Positions 45,471 to 53,663 of a DNA stretch of 64,000 nucleotides are shown here, piece by piece. The stretch covers positions 746,169-810,168 of the forward strand of contig OY970292.1 in NCBI GenBank assembly GCA_963716145.1, in the 5' to 3' direction. The stretch's first letter is position 1. Each line of letters starts with the position of its first letter. The notes beneath the pieces are model-generated. The model searched no databases and had not been told where the DNA came from. It worked only from the letters and a program-made list of their open reading frames with translations. Position numbers and translations under genes: made by a program. Source of the DNA: Candidatus Levyibacteriota bacterium. GTDB lineage: Bacteria > Patescibacteriota > Microgenomatia > Levybacterales > UBA12049.

Positions 45471-47213
45471 ATGAACCAAACTACCTTACTTTCTACGGAT
45501 GCAGCATGCAAACTTCTTGGAGTTACTAGACAAACGCTTTATAAATTGCTTGAAAAGGGAGAGATTCCTGGAAAAAAAGTTGGGGGTAGCTATAAATTTG
45601 TACAGCAGCAGCTTCTTGACTACATGAATAACAACTCAAAGCAAAATGAATATAAAGAATGGGAACTAAAGGGAGATTTTGCCACAGAAGGAATTAAAAA
45701 AATGGCAAAAAGAACTTTTCAAGAACTTGCCTCAAACTTAGAAGAATTAATAGCAAACGCTTACGATGCTGATGCTACTGAAGTACAAGTAACCATCGAC
45801 CAAGATAAGAAAACATTAAGTATCACAGATGATGGCAGCGGAATGGATGAAAAATCACTTTCCTCTTATGTAATTTATGGAGAAAGTCAGAAAGATACTA
45901 ACTACAGATCTCCCAAGTTTAAGCGAGCACCCATAGGGGAATATGGAATGGGCGGCAAGCTGGCCATCACAAATATCTGCAATCTTTGTAAAATCATAAC
46001 CAGAAAGCAGGGCAAAGAACACATATTTAGCATGAATAGAGCAGATCTCGATAAGGCAAAATTTGTTAGCGATATTACAAGCAAAGTACTAACAAAAAAT
46101 TGCTCCCCCACTCTTAACGGTACATCAATACATATGGAAAAATTATTTTCTAAAACTATAGACAGTGAGAGATTATTAGAAAGATTTTCTACTAAAATGC
46201 CAAAGAGTCAGAATTTTAAAATAACTGTAATAATCATAAAAGACAATGAGAGGAAAGAAATTGAAGTAAAAGAACCAGAATTTGAATATGAAGAAAAATT
46301 TGATTTTAGTGAAAAATTGAACTTAATAGGAGATGCCAGAATGACCATTTATTTCACAAAAGAACCCATTTCCCCTACCAAACAAGGGGTGTGGACTAGG
46401 GTAAACGGAAGAATTGTTAACGAAAAAGCAGAATGGTTTGACTTATTTAGAGCGACATCTGGAACTAGATATCGATATAGGCTGTTTGGTTATGGTGAAG
46501 CTAATGGTTTAAAAGATTTTGTTACTTTTTCCAAAAACGATTTTATTGATTGCCCGGAATATAGAGAATATTGGAATTTTGGTCACAAAAATATTTTAAA
46601 AGTTCAAAACAGCTTACTTAAAAGGGATGACGATGCAAAAAAAGTCCGAGACAGAACTATTGTAAAATCAGTAGAAGATGAAATCAATAAGATAGTCTCA
46701 AGGCTTGATACTCCTTCTATTTTGGGCGGCCTAGAATCAAAAATTAAGAAAGAGTTTACAAAGGAAATAGAAAATGCTCCCGAAACAGCTTACCCAAATT
46801 TTGAAGCGGTTGAAAAAGAAGCGGAGAAAATAGCAAATGATGTAAAAAGAGGGAAAGACAGAAGAGAACGCAGAAATCAAAGTCTTACCTCTAGTGAAAA
46901 AGTAAATTTTTCAGGTAAAAACTATTCTATAATTACCGTCAATTTATCAGAAAAGGGTGATCTAGTAAAGTTTGTGAAGGAAAAAAATTTGATAGAAATT
47001 AACGAAAGACATCCACTTTACAACAAATCTTCAAGCGATAATAACCTAGAAAGTTTTATTATGAATATTGCATTTACTGAAATTGCTCTGGATTACAGTG
47101 ATGGAAACTTTTTGAGTTTTGATAGTGTATTTAATGCCTTAGCAAGAATTGCTTCTGAGAAGGTTACAGTAAGTCAAATTACAGAACAAACCATTCGAGA
47201 TACTACCAATTAA
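45471..47213 (+). CDS. excisionase-type HTH (HTH_17-like) fused to a GHKL/MORC-like ATPase (HATPase_c_3-like), with a long C-terminal region of unknown function (alternative TTG start at 45456)
   Basis: N-terminal 'LLGVTRQTLYKLLEKGEIPGKKVGGSYKF'; GHKL N-box 'LEELIANAYDADATEV', G1 'DDGSGMD', G2 'GEYGMGGKLA'; about 32-35% GC. Confidence 0.6.
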   Translation: MNQTTLLSTDAACKLLGVTRQTLYKLLEKGEIPGKKVGGSYKFVQQQLLDYMNNNSKQNEYKEWELKGDFATEGIKKMAKRTFQELASNLEELIANAYDADATEVQVTIDQDKKTLSITDDGSGMDEKSLSSYVIYGESQKDTNYRSPKFKRAPIGEYGMGGKLAITNICNLCKIITRKQGKEHIFSMNRADLDKAKFVSDITSKVLTKNCSPTLNGTSIHMEKLFSKTIDSERLLERFSTKMPKSQNFKITVIIIKDNERKEIEVKEPEFEYEEKFDFSEKLNLIGDARMTIYFTKEPISPTKQGVWTRVNGRIVNEKAEWFDLFRATSGTRYRYRLFGYGEANGLKDFVTFSKNDFIDCPEYREYWNFGHKNILKVQNSLLKRDDDAKKVRDRTIVKSVEDEINKIVSRLDTPSILGGLESKIKKEFTKEIENAPETAYPNFEAVEKEAEKIANDVKRGKDRRERRNQSLTSSEKVNFSGKNYSIITVNLSEKGDLVKFVKEKNLIEINERHPLYNKSSSDNNLESFIMNIAFTEIALDYSDGNFLSFDSVFNALARIASEKVTVSQITEQTIRDTTN

Positions 47214-48076
47214 TGATGCAATTAGAATTGCCACTTCAGCAGAAAAAAAGGAAAAAATATAAATCGAGACAATCGGTAAAATACACTCCAAGCAAAGATC
47301 AGACTAGTAAATTACTAATGATAGAAGAGCTCTATTATCAAAAAGGTACCTTGCAAAAGACTGCTGACCATTTAGGACTAACAAAACAAAGAGTAAGTCA
47401 GCTATTAAATAAGGGTAAAAAATACAAACTTTACACATATGAGTTGGCTAGAAAAAGAAATTTGAAAAATCTAGCGGAGAAAATTGGAAGAGAAAACTTA
47501 ATAAGAGAAATAAAAAATGAAATAATAATACCTAAGATATGTAAAAAATTGGGTATAGATATTGTAGACTTCCATAAATTAATTAAGCATTTTGAACTTG
47601 ACTATCAAGACTATAATTTAAGCGCAAGACAGAGAAGATATATAAGAATGTATATGAACATAGTTGATGAGCTAGGACATCATCCCTCTACAACAGAGAT
47701 GAACACTAGAACAAAATGGAGAGGTGTGTGGTCTGGTTTATCCAGACACTGGAACAGCATGGAAAAATTCAGAAGGGAGTTTGGAATTGAACAACCACCG
47801 AGATTTATTCATCCCAATACAATAGTGGGTTTTAGGGAACATAAAATTAAAGTTAAACAAAAAAAGGCAACAAATATAGATAAAATTAGAGAACTCCTCC
47901 AAAATTATAGTATCCCAGTAAACATAGAGATGATTGCTAGTAATTTCACTTGCGCTCGAGGTACAATAAATAACTATCTCACAACACTCATATCTACAGG
48001 AGAGATAATTAAAATCAGAGAAGGCAAACGTGTAAAATATACGCTTAAAAAAACGCACATTAACTCAAGTATATAA
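47213..48076 (+). CDS. DNA-binding protein with a sigma-70 region-4-like HTH plus a C-terminal winged-helix-like segment; overlaps the stop of the upstream gene
   Basis: 'TLQKTADHLGLTKQRVSQLLNKG' HTH; C-terminal 'GTINNYLTTLISTGEIIKIREGKRVKYTL'; stop-start overlap TAATG; AT-rich. Confidence 0.5.
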   Translation: MMQLELPLQQKKRKKYKSRQSVKYTPSKDQTSKLLMIEELYYQKGTLQKTADHLGLTKQRVSQLLNKGKKYKLYTYELARKRNLKNLAEKIGRENLIREIKNEIIIPKICKKLGIDIVDFHKLIKHFELDYQDYNLSARQRRYIRMYMNIVDELGHHPSTTEMNTRTKWRGVWSGLSRHWNSMEKFRREFGIEQPPRFIHPNTIVGFREHKIKVKQKKATNIDKIRELLQNYSIPVNIEMIASNFTCARGTINNYLTTLISTGEIIKIREGKRVKYTLKKTHINSSI

Positions 48077-48086
48077 CCCTAGATTC

Positions 48087-48105
48087 AGCTTTTAAAGAAA
48101 AAGCT
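48087..48105. terminator. hairpin (agctttt-aaaga-aaaagct) between the convergent 47213..48076 gene and ruvB
   Basis: 7-bp stem, AT-rich; weak T-tract afterwards. Confidence 0.35.
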
Positions 48106-48113
48106 ATAAGATT

Positions 48114-49148
48114 TTATATCAGCTTCTGCTGTTTGCCACCCTTTTCTTCAGGATGAGTTGCACCTATGTGTTCGTAGGCGGCTTTTGTGGCGATTCTGCC
48201 TCTTGGAGACCGCTTGATAAAACCTAACTGCAATAGATACGGCTCGACCACGTCTTCAAGCGTGCCTGAATCCTCAGATATTGTTGATGCAATTGTCTCA
48301 ACCCCCACCGGTCCACCGCTATGCTTCTCAATTATTGATCTTAAGAACTTTATATCCAGCGGATCTAGGCCTTTCTCGTCCACCTCAAGCATCTCAAGAG
48401 CTTTTTTTGAAGCATCAAGGTCAATATGCCCTTTTCCTTTAACCTGCGCGTAGTCCCTGACTCTTTTAAGAATCTTGAGGGCAATCCTGGGCGTGCCCCG
48501 TGCGCGAAGGGCAATTTCCTTAATACTTTGCGCGTCAATTGCAATCTTGAGCTTATTGGCGGCTTCCTGAATGATCTTTCCAAGCTCCGAAGGCGTATAA
48601 AAGTTAAGCCTGTGTGTTACCCCAAATCTGTCCCTCAGTGGCGCTGAGAGCAGTCCTGCACGGGTTGTGGCACCAATGATAGTAAACTGCGGCAAATCAA
48701 GCCTTACGGTTCTTGCTGAAGGACCTTTGCCAAGAACTATATCAAGAGCATAGTCCTCCATCGCGGGATACAAGGTCTCCTCAACTGTTGTATTTAGCCT
48801 GTGGATTTCGTCAATAAATAATATGTCGCCCTTTTCCAGATTTGTCAGAATTGAAGCCAGATCACCTGATCGCTCAAGAGCAGGACCTGATGTGACACGA
48901 ATATTGGCCTTCATTTTACGGGCTATAATGTGAGAAAGAGTTGTCTTACCAAGTCCCGGAGGACCATATAGAAGAATGTGCTCAATTGCTTCTTTTCGCT
49001 TTCCGGCAGCCTCAATCGCGATTTGAAGCGAAGCCTTAATATTCTCCTGCCCATGAAAATCCTCCCAAGACGAAGCTCGCAGAGAGACAAAAAGTTTCTC
49101 TTCCTCTGGAGTAATTTCTTCTTTTGTTTGTAACTTTACTTTACTCAT
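48114..49148 (-). CDS. ruvB: Holliday junction ATP-dependent DNA helicase RuvB
   Basis: '[18 protein letters not shown]', '[10 protein letters not shown]', sensor '[17 protein letters not shown]'. Confidence 0.9.
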   Translation of the reverse strand: MSKVKLQTKEEITPEEEKLFVSLRASSWEDFHGQENIKASLQIAIEAAGKRKEAIEHILLYGPPGLGKTTLSHIIARKMKANIRVTSGPALERSGDLASILTNLEKGDILFIDEIHRLNTTVEETLYPAMEDYALDIVLGKGPSARTVRLDLPQFTIIGATTRAGLLSAPLRDRFGVTHRLNFYTPSELGKIIQEAANKLKIAIDAQSIKEIALRARGTPRIALKILKRVRDYAQVKGKGHIDLDASKKALEMLEVDEKGLDPLDIKFLRSIIEKHSGGPVGVETIASTISEDSGTLEDVVEPYLLQLGFIKRSPRGRIATKAAYEHIGATHPEEKGGKQQKLI

Positions 49149-49159
49149 GTTGCTGCTCG

Positions 49160-49264
49160 CTCAATTTTTAATTTTCAGTTCTCAATTTTCATTGAATTTT
49201 CAATGTTTAAAAATTGTTTCATTGTAATTTGATTGAAAATTGTAAATTTTAAATTGAAAATTTG
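49160..49264. repeat. AT-rich ~100-bp intergenic element, copy B (homolog of 33691-33805), between ruvA stop and ruvB start
   Basis: 15-mer 'ttttcattgaatttt' and further blocks shared with copy A; hand alignment about 80% identity. Confidence 0.6.
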
Positions 49265-49265
49265 T

Positions 49266-49841
49266 TCACTTTCCCAAGTACTTCAGCGCCAATCTTATCT
49301 TCTCCTCAACTGTCTCGCCTTTTCCTTGCAAGGCACGGATTGCATCTTGTGACTCAGAAACGCTAAACCCAAATACTTTTAATGCAGCAATAACTTCATT
49401 ATTATCCTGCCCGTCAGCTGATAAATCCAAATCTTCCCCTCCGCCGATCTTATTTTTCAATTCAATTATGATCTTCTGAGCGTTTTTCTTGCCAAGTCTG
49501 GGAACTGAGGTGAAAAAGGTCACATCCGCCCCAATAATTGCCTGGATTATCTCAGATCTATTACCGACTGAAAAAATTCCCGATGCAGTTCTACAGCCGA
49601 CCCCATTTACGCTTATAAGGTATTCAAATAACTTCAGGTCTGAATGGTCTGAAAAACCATATAATTCAAGCAGGTCCTCACGGACATGAGTGTGGGTAAA
49701 AAGCTTTATTTCCTCACCAAGTCCTGTTATTTTGGCAAGAACTGTAACAGGCACCAAAACTTTGTATCCAACGCCATTCACATCAACAATCAAGTATGGA
49801 TCTTCCCGATATTCAATAGTCCCTTTGAGCGTGCCTATCAT
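49266..49841 (-). CDS. ruvA: Holliday junction DNA helicase RuvA
   Basis: 'MIGTLKGTI..DVNGVGYKV', HhH motifs 'VNGVGCRTASGI'. Confidence 0.9.
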   Translation of the reverse strand: MIGTLKGTIEYREDPYLIVDVNGVGYKVLVPVTVLAKITGLGEEIKLFTHTHVREDLLELYGFSDHSDLKLFEYLISVNGVGCRTASGIFSVGNRSEIIQAIIGADVTFFTSVPRLGKKNAQKIIIELKNKIGGGEDLDLSADGQDNNEVIAALKVFGFSVSESQDAIRALQGKGETVEEKIRLALKYLGK

Positions 49842-49851
49842 ACTGCTTATA

Positions 49852-50436
49852 TTACCACAAAAACGGAATAAACATCTTTGTCCGTTTCATATATTTTTTA
49901 TAGGAGTCTCCAAAATGATCCATAAGGAGTTTTTCTTCAAGAATCGCCTGATAATATGCACCTAGAGCAAGAAAAAAAACTAAACCAATCAGGTAACTTT
50001 TCGCAACTAGCTCACCACCGACAAAAGCTATTATCAATCCTGTGTAAATAGGATGCCGGATATACCTATAAACTCCCGACGTAACCAATTCCTGCTTTTG
50101 TTTTACCTGATACTCAAAAGCATGAGCCCAATTTGAACCTAAGGTTTTCCGCGCTGAAATTGCGATCCCAGCGCCAATAGCTACTAATGCCAAACCAATA
50201 ATCTGCACCGTAATTGAAGCATTTTGCATTCTTAACAGAGGTAGGCCCAGTAACTGAAGAATCAGCGTTGCCTCTGCAAAACGCAGGAGAATTTTTCTGA
50301 TATTAGCTTCGTGGAAAAAGGTTAGGTTTCTTATTTTTGGTTTTTCCCGATCTGCGCGTCTTTCGGTTATTAGCCAATATGTCGACCACAAAAGGAAAAC
50401 TGCCAAAGTTATAGCCCTTAAAACCAAATCAGTCAT
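49852..50436 (-). CDS. isoprenylcysteine carboxyl methyltransferase (ICMT)/phospholipid methyltransferase-family membrane protein
   Basis: 'GVYRYIRHPIYTGLIIAFVGGEL' ICMT C-terminal motif; 4-5 TM. Confidence 0.7.
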   Translation of the reverse strand: MTDLVLRAITLAVFLLWSTYWLITERRADREKPKIRNLTFFHEANIRKILLRFAEATLILQLLGLPLLRMQNASITVQIIGLALVAIGAGIAISARKTLGSNWAHAFEYQVKQKQELVTSGVYRYIRHPIYTGLIIAFVGGELVAKSYLIGLVFFLALGAYYQAILEEKLLMDHFGDSYKKYMKRTKMFIPFLW

Positions 50437-50450
50437 TTTACATTTTTATT

Positions 50451-50756
50451 TTATGAAAAAACATGAGACAGGAATGATGCTAATACTATCAATTGCCAAG
50501 AAGCAATAAATGCACATAAACCAAATATCAATAGCAGTAAACCAAAGATTATTTTCTCCCAGCCGCGGAGGCGAAATGAGACAGGATCATAGGCTCCAGG
50601 TATGAATGCTTTAATGAAAGGATGTAACAGCCAATACTTTGTGTTGCGTGAGGTAATCGTAACCTCTTTTTTTAAAAATATACGAACCCCTGTAAAAACC
50701 AATGCTATTCCCCCAAGAACAAAAATGATTATCGGAATAATTAACAAGGTAACCAT
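50451..50756 (-). CDS. small membrane protein (3 TM), hypothetical
   Basis: ORF track; hydrophobic. Confidence 0.35.
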   Translation of the reverse strand: MVTLLIIPIIIFVLGGIALVFTGVRIFLKKEVTITSRNTKYWLLHPFIKAFIPGAYDPVSFRLRGWEKIIFGLLLLIFGLCAFIASWQLIVLASFLSHVFS

Positions 50757-50795
50757 CTAACATATTTACTATACCAGATTAAATATCTAAAAATA

Positions 50796-51287
50796 TCATG
50801 AAAATGGAGCGCTTTTTAGTTTATATGAAAATGCGTGGGTTATCGCGATTGCCAGGGCGTCTGTGGTGTCATCGAGTTTAGGGATACTATCCAATTTGAG
50901 AAGTGTTTTTACCATCTGGGCAACTTGTCTCTTTTCAGCTCTACCATATCCTGTAACTGCAATTTTCACCTGAAGCGGAGTATAAACGGCAAGAGGAAGC
51001 TTTTTCTTGGCAACTGCAAGCATGATAACTCCCCTTGCCTGGCCTACTACGAAGGCTGTTTTGGAATTGGTGTTAAAAAATAAATCTTCAATCCCGACCG
51101 CATCAGGTTGATATTCCTCAATCAATTTAACTATCTCTTCATAGAGCTGATTGAGTCTCTCTCCCATTTCTGTTTTGGCATCAGTCTCTATACACCCGTA
51201 ACTTTGAACTTTGAACTTTGAACTTTGAACTTCCACGACTCCCCACCCTGTTCTTCCAATTCCAGGATCAATTCCCAATATACGCAT
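50796..51287 (-). CDS. ruvC: crossover junction endodeoxyribonuclease RuvC
   Basis: 'MRILGIDPGIGRTGWGVVE', 'DAVGIEDLFF', 'DALAIAITHA' catalytic residues. Confidence 0.9.
   Translation of the reverse strand: MRILGIDPGIGRTGWGVVEVQSSKFKVQSYGCIETDAKTEMGERLNQLYEEIVKLIEEYQPDAVGIEDLFFNTNSKTAFVVGQARGVIMLAVAKKKLPLAVYTPLQVKIAVTGYGRAEKRQVAQMVKTLLKLDSIPKLDDTTDALAIAITHAFSYKLKSAPFS
51200..51233. repeat. heptanucleotide tandem repeat (aactttg)x4 plus a partial copy, inside the ruvC coding sequence
   Basis: direct reading of the sequence; encodes 'SSKFKVQS' in RuvC. Confidence 0.8.
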
Positions 51288-51375
51288 GGATTTATTATAA
51301 CACCACTTTTAAAAACTTGAGGCAAACAAACCTTAATTAATACTGATATAATATATTTAGAATAAACCTAAACTT

Positions 51376-52047
51376 ATGGCGGTTAACAGAAAGATTATTG
51401 CAACACCTTTTCTTTTGATAAGAGGCGTGTTTAGAAAAACAAGATGGGATAATTTCATGGGAGGATTAATCTTTGGTGCAATCTTTAGCTTAGCCGTAAA
51501 CATAATAACAGTGCAGGTTCAAGAATCCATAAATCAACAACTATACTTAGAAGCGCTTGAAAATGAAATAGGGATTCACCTTCTACACTCAGTACAAAAT
51601 ACTGATAAAAATAAGAGAATAATTGATAACTCAACGCCTCCAAACTTCTACGAACAACCCTTCATTTACCAGACTAGGGTTTGGAACAATAGCGATGGTC
51701 TTAGATATCTAGTCAAACTCAACCCAGAAGTACAGCTAGCAATATCCGCATATTATGAATATATTGTGCAGCCCGCAAACGGCATTTCGATAAGAAATTA
51801 TGAGTTAATGGATGAGAAATCGAAGAATTGTTATTGGGATTTTGAAATACTTGCAAATAACGTGAAAGATCAATGTGTCGCAGATTATCGCTCATATTTA
51901 AACGTAGTAAATCTAGGCAACTTACAAATTGGTGAACAAAGTGGGGATCTCTTAAAAATTTTCCACCCAACGCAGGACAGATTAAATGATCCAATAATGA
52001 GACTGCTTATAGGTAATAAATCAGTAAAATTTCTTCAACATCAATAA
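51376..52047 (+). CDS. hypothetical protein with N-terminal TM (AT-rich insertion, about 33% GC)
   Basis: ORF track; composition. Confidence 0.35.
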   Translation: MAVNRKIIATPFLLIRGVFRKTRWDNFMGGLIFGAIFSLAVNIITVQVQESINQQLYLEALENEIGIHLLHSVQNTDKNKRIIDNSTPPNFYEQPFIYQTRVWNNSDGLRYLVKLNPEVQLAISAYYEYIVQPANGISIRNYELMDEKSKNCYWDFEILANNVKDQCVADYRSYLNVVNLGNLQIGEQSGDLLKIFHPTQDRLNDPIMRLLIGNKSVKFLQHQ

Positions 52048-52049
52048 TT

Positions 52050-52481
52050 TTGCCTGAAATATCTATTTTGCCTCAAACATTCTATATGCGCCTACTGTAT
52101 GCTTATATTATGGAGTATAAAGCCAGCAAGGTATGGGAAGCCAAAATGAAACAAGTTAAAACTCACATAAATTTTAGGAGGCATCTTCTCAATCTCATAG
52201 ATAAAATCTCAACATGCGAAGATGCAGCCGAAGGCATGAGGGAGATTGGATATTTTCGTCAAGATGTATCCTTTTTTCAAACACTTCATCATGCAGAATT
52301 GTTTATTTATACCTACGAATTTTTGTCTGTTATGCAAGATTGGTTATTGGTGAGACCTACTTATTGGAACGTGTCCTCAGAAAAGATAGTAATACCTGAG
52401 TTGAAAAAAATTGAGAAAAAGAACAGACACCTATATGCAAATATTGATACAGAAATTAATAAATGCTTATCCCTTGGATAA
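52050..52481 (+). CDS. hypothetical protein (AT-rich insertion)
   Basis: ORF track; composition. Confidence 0.35.
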   Translation: MPEISILPQTFYMRLLYAYIMEYKASKVWEAKMKQVKTHINFRRHLLNLIDKISTCEDAAEGMREIGYFRQDVSFFQTLHHAELFIYTYEFLSVMQDWLLVRPTYWNVSSEKIVIPELKKIEKKNRHLYANIDTEINKCLSLG

Positions 52482-52535
52482 AGCGCAAAATACTACATTT
52501 GTATTTAAAGGATAAATATTGTAGAATACATAGAT

Positions 52536-53255
52536 ATGAAAAGGCCAGTTCTGAAAGCTGAAGCGCGAAAAATCCTGGGTAAAAAGATAAAAACACTTAG
52601 ACGTCAAGGGATTCTCCCTGGAAATGTCTATGGAAAAGGTCTTTCATCAGTTGCCCTTCAGGTACAATTAGCTGATTTTGAAAAAGTCCACAAGGAAGTT
52701 GGAGACACAGGGCTTATTGAGCTTGAGCTTAACGGCAAAACTCATCCTGTACTAGTAAAAAATCTCCAGATGAACTACAAATCCTCAACCCCGCTTCACG
52801 CAGACTTTTACCAGGTAAATATGAAAGAAAAAGTCAAAGCTATGGTTCCACTCATAATAGTTGGCGAAGCAAAAGCTGTGGCTGACAAGCTTGGGCTTCT
52901 TCTTCAAACAATCTCAGAGGTTGAGATTGAGGCGCTTCCGGATCACTTGGCAGAAAATATTGAGGTAAACGTTGAACATTTGGCTGCAATTGATGATCAT
53001 ATTCTGGTTGAAGCTCTTAAAGCTCCAGAAGGCGTTGCCATTCTTACTGATCATACGCAAACTGTTGTTAAGATCGCAGAACTCGTCGCACCTGAGCCTG
53101 AGCCAGAACCTGAAGCACCTGCTGAGGGAGAAGAAGGCGCACCAGTTGAAGGCGCTGAGGGAGAAGCTCCAAAAGAAGGCGATGCTTCGGCAGGCTCAGC
53201 ACAAGGAGCACCAGCTGAGGGAGAAGCCAAACCTGAAGAAGGCAAAAAGGAATAA
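52536..53255 (+). CDS. rplY: 50S ribosomal protein L25 / general stress protein Ctc, with an acidic Ala/Glu/Pro-rich C-terminal extension
   Basis: 'KAEARKILGKK..RRQGILPGNVYG' L25 N-terminus, Ctc-type C-domain; upstream TGtTAGAAT extended -10 at about 52517-52525. Confidence 0.8.
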   Translation: MKRPVLKAEARKILGKKIKTLRRQGILPGNVYGKGLSSVALQVQLADFEKVHKEVGDTGLIELELNGKTHPVLVKNLQMNYKSSTPLHADFYQVNMKEKVKAMVPLIIVGEAKAVADKLGLLLQTISEVEIEALPDHLAENIEVNVEHLAAIDDHILVEALKAPEGVAILTDHTQTVVKIAELVAPEPEPEPEAPAEGEEGAPVEGAEGEAPKEGDASAGSAQGAPAEGEAKPEEGKKE

Positions 53256-53663
53256 TTACAGCCCCACTTTTGCCCCTAGAACTCGTCCGTCTTTGAAATT
53301 AGGATCAATTTCCAAGGCTTTTTTAATATAAATTTTTGACTCCTCCATGTCCCCCAATTTATAATTCAGTGCGGCAATTTTGAAGTAGACATCGCGATAG
53401 TTTTTATACTCTCCAAGCTTCCCCTTCCATTGGTTTAATTCCTGCACTGTTTTTTCACGCTCCTGCCTAAGCAGCTTCTCTTTCTGAAGATTTTGATACA
53501 GGGCTATGCTCTGGAAAACTATGGCTACTAAAACAACTGCTGAGGCTAGACTGCACAAGATTAATTTCCATGATTCGGTAATAAATCGGTATATCTTCGG
53601 GAAAAGAGAAGCTTTCTGTTCTTGGGATGGAGATTGTTTTTTGATTATGCGCTTTGCGGCCAT
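53256..53663 (-). CDS. membrane-anchored TPR-like repeat protein
   Basis: TM helix plus 'YIKKALEIDPNFKDG' TPR-like segment. Confidence 0.4.
   Translation of the reverse strand: MAAKRIIKKQSPSQEQKASLFPKIYRFITESWKLILCSLASAVVLVAIVFQSIALYQNLQKEKLLRQEREKTVQELNQWKGKLGEYKNYRDVYFKIAALNYKLGDMEESKIYIKKALEIDPNFKDGRVLGAKVGL

Noticed and set aside
51200-51233. Possible CRISPR-like array or minisatellite
   Set aside because: The unit is 7 nt with no spacers and lies inside the ruvC ORF. No CRISPR arrays or cas genes are present anywhere in the window.
53040-53255. Imperfect about 50-nt tandem repeats ('gcaccagctgagggagaag') at the 3' end of rplY
   Set aside because: They encode the low-complexity acidic A/E/P-rich tail common in Ctc/L25 extensions. 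This is compositional rather than a mobile or regulatory repeat.
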